A stretch of DNA of 64,000 bases from Botryllus schlosseri (taxonomy: Eukaryota): the NCBI GenBank assembly GCA_051294905.1, contig CM119384.1, positions 7,440,001-7,504,000 of the forward strand, read 5' to 3'. The first letter of the stretch is position 1. Each line of letters begins with the position of its first letter. This document shows positions 1 to 12,200 of the stretch, piece by piece. Made by a program: the position numbers and the translations under genes. The notes under the pieces were generated by a model. The model searched no databases. It saw only the letters and a list, made by a program, of their open reading frames with translations, and had not been told where the DNA came from.

Positions 1-1804
1 ACACTTATTTCAGTACATGATAGATTGCATTTTTTGCGAGGGCGGTGCGTGTTTCCCATATTAATATCAATACGTAGTATTAAATCGCGCGCAGCACGAA
101 GAAAAATTTCAAATGGCATAAATCTGCTTGAAAGTAATATTATTTATGTTGATTTACGAAAAAAGTTTGAGCCTACTTCAAGCCTTCAAAATTCCGGACA
201 TTTAGGCATATTTTAGAATTTCCTCCCCGACGCAGTTTTTACTGTGAAATTCCGGACATGTCCGGGAAATTTCGGACGTATGGCAACCCTACTCTATCGC
301 CGCGAGAGTCTCCTGCTGGCTTCTCCTGCGCAGCGTGGTTTATCTTGTGTCGTGTTAACGAAAAAGTATCGAGGGGATCGGATCAAGGACGCATGTGCCA
401 AAAAGAAAGACAGCCGAAATATGAATTTCAAACACTGGTACATCGGCGTTGACGCAATAGTAGGTCAAGGTGAACGTTATATGATAGACCGTGCTTGATC
501 GTTTCGAAATTCTCCAACAGTTCAGTAGCCTACATCCAAAAGGCGGTCAAAGTAGTGAACAAAGTTACTGAAGTAGAAGTAAAACCAGTGGCGTCAAATT
601 CTATAAAGGTAGCCTACGTGTAGAAGTAGAGTTCTTCAGAACGGCTTCAAACTACTTCAAGTAGAAGTAGAATTTCTTGGCTTCGAATAATATATTCTCA
701 TATGTTACGTAGTTCCGGAAAAGTCCCGAATACGCTTTCATTGACTGTCTAAGCCTGGAATCTTAATATGTATCCGGGTGGTGCAGTGAGTTCGGTACGT
801 AGGCTACTGCTATATCATAAGTAGCTATTTCATAACATTTCACGCGGGAAGCACGACAGCTATGCAAAATAAGCTGGTATATTTTGTGGAACTTGAACCC
901 TTCAATCAGCATCCATCTAAGCCAGGGGTGGTCAAGCTTTTTGTTATTCACGACCGCATTTCGATTACTTATGTAGCCTACGGTCGCATGCCGGTGAACT
1001 CCGGACTGACCTACTTTTTCATATCGGCTTACTATTCAATTCAATTTATTGCTTATATTTTCATCATTTCAATGCACCACAAGACTGCGATACAATGAAA
1101 AATAGGAAGGTGTCGAAACGACTTGGAGTAGGCTAGTCTTCGAAATCAGACACCGAAATCGCGAGTGGTCATGCTATTAATATTTATCTTTTAGTCAACC
1201 AACTACAAACTCGGAATACATTTACCATTTTTCAAGGATTTTACTATGGTATTTGTAAGTCTGAAAGTTTTGTAAAAATACGGTAGGCCTAACCGTGTAT
1301 TTCTATATGGGGCGCATCATTTTCTAAGTTGTTCGCATCTGTACTGTAGGGCTCAGATTGCAAAGGGCGCTACTGTAGTAAAATCGAAAACTGAAATGGT
1401 ACTGAATCGCGAGCAGCACGAAAAAGATTTCAAGATTAATTAAAATTAACTCATAAATTCAGAAGTCAAATTAAATTTGCATGTCGACCGCCGCCATCAC
1501 ATACTAATTGAATTACATGTTGACGGTCGCACAAATAGATTTGTCTAAATAACTGTTAAAATAAAAGTAGTCTGACTGCTAGCCACCTCGTAAGTAACCG
1601 ACTGCAAGCAGGAAAACCCACTTGGGCACTTCGAAAAAGTGAAAGCACTTCGTTTCTGTCCACCTCTAATGGTTACTGAAATCAGAATATACGATCGACT
1701 CGCTTACCTCAATTAACAGGAGGTTATCTTACTAGCCACTTACTGCTGAAAGACTGAACATGACAGTATAGCTTTCAATACATTGTTAAAATTGACTACT
1801 AAAT

Positions 1805-2075
1805 GATAGTATTTTTGAAGCGTCCTGATTCTTGGTCGGTAGGTCGCGTGTTCGATCCACGGCCGGGTCAGACCAAAGACCTGATGATATACACCGGTAT
1901 CCACGACTTCCCTGCTTGGAGCTCATGCATTACAGGGATAGCATGGAAGGGAGGTGCAAGACTTGCAAAGCCGTACAAGGCTATCTGTCCCTGTCCAGCG
2001 GCATATGCACATCATGCACTCATGGTATGGTATGCATATGCACAGATCTTGTGTATGTATATCACGAGTCGCTGT
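1805..2075 (+). mobile_element. tRNA-derived SINE with Meta-like central domain
   Basis: B box GTTCGATCC followed by CGGCCGGGTCAGACCAAAGACC...TTCCCTGCTTGGAGCTCATGCATT. Homologous to 7892-8172. Confidence 0.7.
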
Positions 2076-3258
2076 TTATACAGCAAAACATCTAGGACAA
2101 AAACGAACTTGTGTCCTTTCCTCACAAACCCTTCACGTCGCAGCTAGTAAATTTGACACAGCCCTTGCGAGACAAGTGTGGAATGAAACATTTTATTACT
2201 AAAGATAAATTTATTCTTCGACCGCGGGAACAGCTACTAAAATATAGAAAAATCATAGACGATGTGATACTAATGGTGGAAGAATCACCGATGCTTACAG
2301 GCAAACAAACATGAATAACGAAAAATATTGAAAATAGTATCACAAAACAGTGTTGATAAAACATGTAAACTACAGATATTATCAAAGCACACAGATTTGG
2401 CGAAACGTAAGTCTTAGCTACATGCACTAGTGTAAGAATAAATACGGAAATCATACGTCAATAGACCACTAGAGATTAAAATGTTGACGGTAGAATTGGC
2501 AATTGTTGATTTTCAACTATGACAAGATATAAAGACTACATCAGTGTTCGAGTACGATTTATACGCACCAGTCAAAAACGATGTCAGCAGCAGCCAGCAG
2601 GCCAAATCAACTGGCTCGTGTGATATAAAGTTTCAGTCGCAGCGAAGGCATTAATGAGGATATGAAGACTGCATCAATTATAAATGGGCGACACAGGCTC
2701 TATCAGCATGACGTTTACAATACATCGACTGCTCAATGCAATGTTCACGCAGTTATTCATTCAACATAACTTTCCTACATATCGGGTTTGAAATGTTTTG
2801 AAAAAGGAGACTGCGCATCGAGTGAATTTAGAGCCATACAACTACAAATCACGCGAGTATGAGGTAAGGTATCCGTTAAGCGATTCTCATTTGTTCGCTG
2901 ATATCAAGCTCTGATGGAATATGTATGCATAGCCAAAGAAGGCGAGTCAGATAGAACACATCTCTGTATAGCACATTCGAAAATAGCTTCCTCTCGGCGA
3001 TTTTTAGTCTTGTGAGCCAACGTTTAGACAGCAGGACGACGAGAACTCGCGCCTAAATTCAACGCGGCGAATATGCCACAAAATATAGACTTTATGACAC
3101 ACGGTTACACTGGGACTGACCATCTCTGCTCATGACCTATTACTAATTAAAAAAAAGTCAGCACTTTCACGACCCCCAGAAAAAAGACAAACGCCAGGCT
3201 GAAAACCACTGCACCAACGAATATCAGACTCCCTGGTGCGAGTTCCAAATTCCTTGAG

Positions 3259-6200
3259 CTACCGATTACTCCTACGCAGGTCTAAAGAATCCTGCAGCGC
3301 TGAATGCGACAGAGACGCCACGTCGGAAAGACTCGTCTTACGCTGATTCACCTCGTTCTTCGATATTCTCTTAATATCCTTCTTGGACACTCTGACTGGA
3401 GTGACGGCCGCGTCAACCTTGCTAGCCTCCGGAAGAAAGTGCAGACCGTCTGGCACCAGCTCCGAGCCTGAATTTAACCTTCGCCCGTTGGCGACTCTCG
3501 AGTTCGTCTGGAGGTTTTGAAATTCGAGATACTCCACCGAATTCTTCGGTATCGAGGAGTATGCTGTGGGATGCTCTTGCCGGGACCTGCGCAGGGACGC
3601 AAAGCCGCCCGCTGCCGAGTTTGTCTTGGTGTTTCGTGCCGGACTTGCCTCCAGGTCAGGGATTTCGACGCTCGACTGATTTTCAAGAGCACGCTTGGAC
3701 TGTCGCTTTGGACTTGCCAAAGAATGTGCGTCACCATCGTTTTCTGTTGCGCTCTCGGAAACTTTGGACCTGGCTGAAGACATCGACGCGTGCGCATCGT
3801 CAGGGGGATGTCCTGTAACGTTTTTCGGTTGTGAATGAAAAAATGCGCACAAATATGAAGTCGTGTGCAAGATAGCAAGAGATTCATGCGAACAATATTG
3901 TAGCCTATCTTTTCATGAGTTTATCCAGAGTAGGGCTCACAATGTAGGCACCACCAGCCACCGCCAGTGTTGGGATCAAGTCACTACCTTCTGGTCACGA
4001 GTCATGGAACATTTTGACTCGAGTCAAGTCAAGTCAATCGATTTTCGAAAGTGACTCGAGTCAAGTCACTCGCATTTTGGAGGTGACTCGAGTCAAGTCG
4101 AGTCAAGTCAAGCCACGAGTCGAGTCAAATTGAATTTTTGAAATATAAGTGATGATTCAAAGACATTACATTTTGCTAGCTGTGTGAAAGACAGATTAAT
4201 TGGCCATATATCTTGAATCAAATAACGAATATGAAGTTAAATACACATGCAAAAATGCATTGTATCGTTTACGCACACGTAGAACTGCTAAAAAAATATG
4301 CGAGTAACTGTACAGTAGGGTTGTTCAAAAAAAACTTTTTTTTCCAAATCTAACTCGCTTGATGACTAAATCGTCAGGTTGTCTAAGAAAACGATGCACA
4401 CCAAATTTGACTCACTTCCAACCAGTGAAGGCCGTGCAATATTGAATGGAAATTTTCAATTTATTAATAGAAATTAAAAAAAAAATTTCAAATTTTTCTG
4501 TCAACCCCATGAAATTGTTGAGCTGTCTTCAAAGACGATGTATAACAAATTTGAGTCAATTCCGACTGGTAGAAGCGGAGTTATTTCTCAGATTATCCTT
4601 GATCCGGGGATTATCAACGAAAAACTCAAATAATTCCGCTTCTACTAGTCATTAAGCGAGTGAGATTTGGAAAAAAAAGTTTTTTTTGTACAACCCTACT
4701 GTACAAGTACAGCCACATCATACAGTCAGTTATTATCAGCCAAATGTAGGACCGAATACGAAGCTTCAAGAAGTTGGAACAAATTGATCTGGTACAATAG
4801 CCTACACCACCCATCTACACATCCGTGAGAATATAAACGCACAAATTATAGTTGTTCGATTTAAATCATACAAGAGAGTTCGTAAAGGTGAGCACTGCGT
4901 AACTTGAGCATTGAGCCGTCTAAGAAACAGAGACACACTGCTATTACATTAATCCACCTACTACTACTACGACAACGTAAGTTGTGATATTTATTTTTGA
5001 TGTAACAATGGAGGGGAGGATCAGTGTAACGTACTATCAGTGAATGGATGGTTGCTCTCACAAGCGACGCCCGGCGCATCTCGAACAATCCGAACATACA
5101 CAAGGATACAGTGATTTAATCAACACCGTTTACTTGATGACTTGAAATTGACTCGTCAAGATTGCTCCGAGTCATGAGTCAATGCTCATTTCTGAAACTC
5201 CAAGTCTAATCAAGTCATTTTTCCAAAGTGATTCGAGTCAAGTCGAGTCATACGAAAAATTTGACTCAAGTCAAGTCCTTACTCGAGTTATGTCAACACT
5301 GCATGACACGCCGACATACCTTCTCTCGCGCTCCGCAAACTACCCCTGCCTTTGATATCCGTTTCCGAATTGCTACGAACCGACAGCGGTATCTCGGCGC
5401 CAGACTCGACCAGTGCGTCACGCAGCCTTTTCTTCAGTTCCCTGTTGGACGACCTGTAATGGTGCAGGTCCCTCTGCAGGGCTTCGATTCGGTTTTGGAG
5501 TTCCCGCGTGGACTGGCCGCCAGTTCCTGCGGAATCGCGATCTGAAATCGAGGGTGTGAAAAGTGAGGTAGAACAAGTGCACCGGTTGAGACGTTTGCGT
5601 TACTCAATTTGCAATACTCGCATATCAGATACTCACAGAGGTGCTCAGTAGGGCTGTTCAAAAACAACCTTTTCCCCTGAATCTTGCTGGTTACTTGATT
5701 AAATCGTTAGGTTGCCTTAAAAAACGACGCACACCAAATTTGAATTCATTCCAACTAATATTCGCGGATTTCGTAGAGTTTGAAAATTTTGAATTCGCCT
5801 AAAAATGCAAAAATTTTTTTTTTTTCAAATTTTCCTTCTAACCTTATGAAATTGTTGCGCTGTCTTCAAAAACAGTGGAAAACAAATTTGACTCAATTCC
5901 AAGCTGCAGAAGCGGAGTTATTCAAGTTTTTTGATGATAATTCTGGGATGATCCACCAATCAAGGATAGTCCCAGAATTATCAAAGAAAAACTGAAATAA
6001 CTCCACTTCTACGGCTTCGAATTGAGTCAAATTTGTTTTGCATCGTTTTTGAAGACAGCGCAACAATTTCATGGGGTTGGCAGAAAAATTTGAAAAAAAA
6101 TTTTTTTGCATTTTTAGGCAAATTCAAAATTTTCAAACTCTTCGAAATCCGCGAATATTGGTTCTTGGTTGGAATGAATTCAAATTTGGGGTGCGTCGTT

Positions 6201-9200
6201 TTTTAAGGTAACGGAGCACTTCTACTTTTCCGAGTACTCCAGTAGGTTTCGGCCACTTGCACTACTTAGTCAAGTGGTTATGATTTTTGACCCAGGGTTG
6301 TAATGACTGGAGTCAATTTGTGTATTGACTAGAGTCATTTTGCATGATTCGACACATTCTATATGACTCATACAAGTCTCGCATATCGGGACTATTAATA
6401 ATAGAAAAATAGGCCGAGAAACTGCCTTTCATCTGTTTGAATAAACATGTTTGGGTGAGTAAAACGAGCATATTATGAATACAAGGCCTACGTTATCACC
6501 TATGAGTTTCACAGAAGTAAGTTGAACCTGACTTGAACTCGATACTGAACAGCCAACACTACGACTTGGACTCGAGTCATAACCCTATGACTCCATCCCG
6601 ACTTTGACTTGACTCGGTGGCGAATTGAAAAGACTGGACTTGACTCGAGTCACAACTATCAAACTCTAATCGACTTGTGCCCCTTGCGACTTGGCTACAA
6701 CTCTGCTGTAACCACCTCAGGTTATGCAATGCATGAACGATTGTAATTTCCCGCAAGGAACACAACTCAAAGTAACAACTATTTTGGCAAAAATGTATCG
6801 CCCAACAAATCCTTGACCAGTTGACCGTGAATTGCTACCGTGACCCTTCGTTTGGTCTCTACGAGATGCTGTTTCAATATCAAAATAGTAGAGAACATTT
6901 TATGCCACAAGGCGACGCCTTATCTGACCTTCAAGTCCGTGCATGCTAAAGGGTTATTATGTAGCCAGCGATGCATTTACCTGAAAGCTGCTTGATCAAC
7001 TGCTGCGTCCTCTGTTCGTATTTCTTCTCCATTTCCATCAGTTTCCTGTCGCTCTCCACAACGTATCTGGAAAAACACGTTGTTTTGCATCAATACAGAT
7101 ACTCGCATATTTATGAAAGATCGTACCGTGGTTTGTCGACAAATTCTGCACATCCAACCAAATCAAAAACATTGGTATAAGGTTAGGTTTGATTCCCTGT
7201 ATTAGTATCAGCACTAGGGCTGAGCCCAATGATGACCTGAGCAGCGTGAGTACCGAATTTTTACTTATTACTCAACTACAAATCCTACGAATAACTAGTT
7301 TTTATACGATACCATCGCGATTAACATTAAGATTAACAGCTACCTGTTCAACGCAGATTCCGACTCCACCACCGTCCTGTCTCTGTCGTTCAGTTTCGCT
7401 TGCAAATCGTTCAGCTGACCTTCGAGGGCCTGTTCCGACTCTCTCAAATCAAGCACCTGTTAGAAAAAAGCAGGTGCTAACACTGTCACCGTGGACCAAA
7501 CATTTCCGAAACGCGGAGTCAGCAACGAAGTAATCCTACTTTTTTGGAGTAATCTGCGGCTATGCTTCCATACTACTAGCACTACTAAACACTTTTCGAT
7601 GTAAAATTACTTACTTTTACACTTTCGCTTTTGCAAAGTAGAAAAGAGTTTCGGGATTGGTTTGAGTCGCATTTGGAAATGAAATCATCGTATCAACCAG
7701 GTGAAATAACCCTTGTGTCATGGTAGCAGGATATATCATCAAGAGTTGCTCTACTAGTGGATTGTTATCAGCAATTTTAATTTGCCGCGAAGTCAAATCT
7801 TGCAATTTCGAAAGGAACACATTTCTGATTTACTACTAAAGTACAGAATAGGATGTAGTATATTTTTGACCTCCATGTTTTTGTAGCATTTACACCGACT
7901 CATGATATACATTCACACAATCTGCACATATGCATACCATGAGTGCATGATGTGCATAAGCTGCTGGATAAGGAAGGTGCAGAAAAAGCCTTGCGCAAGA
8001 CTTTTCAAGTCGCGCACCGCCCCTCCATGCTATCCCGGTAATGCTGAACGCCAGACGGGGAAGCCGTGGATACCAGCGTTACTAATCAGGTCTTTGGTCT
8101 GATCCGGCCGGGAATCGAACCCACGCCCTACCGATCAAGAAGCCAGACGCTTTACAATTACCCTACCTTGTCGACTAGAGCAAATCTACTTTAAAACTAC
8201 CAACTCCAGTAATTCCATTTTCTACTTGAAGTTTTAAATGTCTTGGAAATTGATACTACTACCTCTACTTGGGTGTTGATACTGATTACCTTGACTGCGA
8301 CTGCTGTAATATTAAATTGAAAAATGAAATGTTAACTATATCAATTACTCACCCGTTCGAAACATCTCGTGAGCAGCATGCCGGCGGCCACCCCGTCCAC
8401 GCTTTTCACGTGCTTTTGCAGTGCCGAGCTCCGTTCCCTCGCCAACTTCAGCCGGCTCTCTCGTAAATCGGCCGAGGTGCTAGCGCGGACGATCGTGTCG
8501 TCCTGCCACTCGATGGCGTCGGTTAACGCTTCCACGGCTTCGTCGAGTTCAAAGAGTTCTCTCTCGTCCTGAAGAAAAGGACTTGCCTCAAAACAGGCCA
8601 AAAATCTCAGTCTCCATGTCTAGTACATGATACTTTTCTTCTCGGTACTAGATAGAGGTCCCATTCTGCTGTTTTTACCGCCAAATATTTGAAATCCAGC
8701 CATACTTGCGATTGTTGGACATATTGGCCTATATGCCAACTGCCCATTCCTTTTTCTAGAACATTGTTAGTTCAATATTACTTCTTGAAATAGCTACAGT
8801 TAATCAAGTAATAACGATACGATATCGCAATTCTCTTTATCACATCAATGAAACGCTAAAGTAATCTAAAATAACAACTGTTTGAGGAAGTATTGCAAGC
8901 TGGCAAAACTTACTTGTGTACCTCAATAAAGGATAAGTACTTCTTTACTGACAATCTTTGGTCAAAAGTGAGATAAAAGAGTATAACACGAATGCGAGGG
9001 ATTCGTTTCTCCCAAGCAGAGTTGTCAAAATGAGATGAACGTGTCTTGAACGCAAGACTGAACAGCAATAAACAGTATGACTTGGACTCGACTCGGTGGT
9101 GAATTGAATATGACTTGACTCGAGTAAAACTATAAAAGTAAGACTCACTTGGTTACCCCCCCTCCCCTCGACAGCAACAATCATCAAACCTGTGGGTTCA

Positions 9201-12200
9201 GCACACCGCCGTACTGCAGTTTCTCCTCCAACGCCGCCTTCTTCAGTCCAAGTTGATTTCTCTCTGCGCGGAGCTGCTCGACGGCAGTCTCCAACCGACG
9301 CTGCCTGCCCGAAGCCGTCCGATCGGAACTGTCGTGAAGCTGCTGCTCTCTGGCGTGCAGCTTTTGATCGACCGTCGCCAGTTTCGACGCCACTTGAAGG
9401 ACTTCCGAAGTCATCACCTGCAAAGGTTCTGTTTGTAAAGGGTTTCCGGCACGAAACGAAATACCACACAGATAATTCTAGTTGTCTGATTAGTGCGAAA
9501 TGACAGTAATATAATTCTAATATAATTTGTGAAATGTTTATACGCTTTATTTTAAATTCTAATTTAATTTCTGGTTTTCCTTAAACTACTACAGCAGGAC
9601 TGTATATTGCGAAACTAGTCAAGCCTGGTGTAGAGACAGTTGCCATTCTCATGCTTAGGAAAATGAATAATTGATATTAGTTCAACGTGATTTTTGTTGC
9701 ATTTCTTTCTGATTAGGAAAAATTGTATAACTATACTTGTAATTTGACGATTTGGTCTTCACTTCTCCGGAGACTGCTGCAGTATTCGTGAATTTTACTC
9801 GGGGTTGAGAAGGAACACCATAAAGAAGTAGAAGGAACACCATAAAGTGAACTCGAATTACATGTAGAAGTAGCGATTTTTAGGACATGTCCCTAATAGT
9901 ATGAGCAGAAGTAGAAAAATGATGGTCTGAAAAGTACTCAAGTAATTTCAAAAACTACCGTAGATTCGGTCGCACGCATTGGATCGACGGCGGGTTATTT
10001 CCGAAATTGCAAGACTGATCTCAGCTCACCTGACTGGAGCGCAATTTTTTCGTTTCTAACGCTTCTTTCTGCCGCAGTACTTCCTCTCTCCTGATGACGG
10101 CGCTCTCTCTCGCGCGCAACGCGTCCTCCAGCTGTTTCAGAAGGTTCTGCTGCTCGACCGCCCTCTCAATCTCCTCGTCCAACCACTGCTTCTGGTCGTC
10201 CACGCCGTCCGGGCTGGTTCTCGTTCCCGATTTGGCTGTTCAATGATATTGAAAAAGTATTATGTGCGTCTATTGCCAACGGTCAACCAATCAGTGAACA
10301 GGTCAAGTTCAAAATCAGGGTGGTATTATTAGAGCTGGCCAAAATCGACTGCCCGTATCTGAGTAGATTGACTCCGATTTCATCTTAAGCCCAGTCAGGT
10401 TTTATGCGACCACGAAACAAAAAATGCAAGTTGCACTACTAACACATGCCCCTGACTACTCCGAGTTTCTACTTTCTTGTTTATATCATTTCCAGGTTTA
10501 TTGATGTGACGGGCAAAAACCTAGTTATCATGTCATTATATTGCAATCGTGTGGCGTTTTTGAATCGAATAAAACATCAATATACGACAGACTGACACTT
10601 GATCACCAATTATTTCCTATTATATTGACGCTACTATACCATTACATTGCTATGTCACTGCTACAATGTTAAGTTATTTGTGTGAATGTGGGTGGCCTGT
10701 GTTAAATGTCTTGGATGATATGATACGTCGTACAGAGGACACAGTTATCAGATATTTTACAATGATATTGCCAATCATTAGATAACAATGGGCAAATGAT
10801 TTCAGTACTTGAAAAAATCAATGATTTTCATACAAGTGATGATTCCGATATTCAAATCGTTATTACCAACCCAATTGTTTTTCAATTCATTGCTAAAGCG
10901 TAATCCAATAACAATGTCGCATTAGTTGAGAGAACAAAAATGCATTCTAATTCTGTTAAAGTAAAACTACAAAATATATTTCGACATAGTACCAGCCATA
11001 ATGTTCTGAAAATTATGATTCTACACGTTAAATTTGTTTACGCATCATTGCTAACGTGTATAGAATTTGATTCAGAGTATTTCTTCCAAATAATTCGATT
11101 TAAAATGCCCGTGGGTAATGGTACGGCGAAAATCTTGACATTTTGAAGTAGCAGTCGAACTTCACTTTCAAATGAATTTTACATACAGCTTCGCGACCAG
11201 AACTGAACAAAGTGATGTTACAGGACAGGTTACAGTTGTCATCAAAATAGATCGATGGTTTCCCATAACCGCACACCATCAATAACGCCACCAGACCACG
11301 AAGTGTCACCCTCATCCCTTCCCCCATTGTGACATCGACAGCCACGAGCGATTATTGTGATTGATCGCTCAAACACCGGATCAAATTTTGTCCGCAAAAT
11401 CCTGTATTTGTGGACATGCCATGAAATCTTAAGAGGCATAACCCGTGCCTATCCTTGCGTTTCCATTGTATCAATGTCTTTCAAACATGCCCCACCGCAC
11501 GCGATAATTTGCTACTAAAGTAGGCTATGACACGCTACGCGAAGCGTGAATCGAACTGGTTTCATATTTCGTGTCTGTGTAAATTGACAATAGACGAAGA
11601 AAGTTACAATGTTTGTGTGTATGAGCCACATAGAAAAGCAGCAGATTACATTTCTAATCCAGAAACGCAGACATTATTTAAAAAGGTCTGCTAGCTCGAC
11701 TCATTTGAAATTGTGTCTATGATGTATCATGCTGCATACTGAAATGGCAGCGTTATACAGCAGTGGTCAGTAAGGAGTAATAATTTTTAAAAACTTGAAA
11801 CATTTTGCATAGTAGATCTGTGTGTTGAAGCTGAGGCTGTGTCACAGTCACAGATGGGCAACAGTTGCCTTTGTGCAAATAATCAAGATACCAGTAATAA
11901 TCTGGCAGGACTACGGTACTTTGATGACTCGAGATGAATACCAAATACACTCCGTGTTGAAATGTCAGATTTCCTGGATTGAATTTGGCTTAAATCTGAC
12001 CGGAAAAAGACAAACCCTTCCTTTTGTCCGAATCTGAATTCGCCCTTCTCATTGTTTTGACTGCGGTCAATCGACAATAGTTTATAAAGACCCTTGACAT
12101 GGTAGAATGGATTTGAACATGTGCTAATAAAACCAATTACGTTAATAAGTCATTGAAGTGCCACGATAACATCTGCGCTCGATAAATTAGCCCGAGTCAA

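Noticed and set aside
8095-8172. tRNA genes here and at about 1805-1870
   Set aside because: A and B boxes are present but there is no full cloverleaf, and both continue into a shared SINE body.
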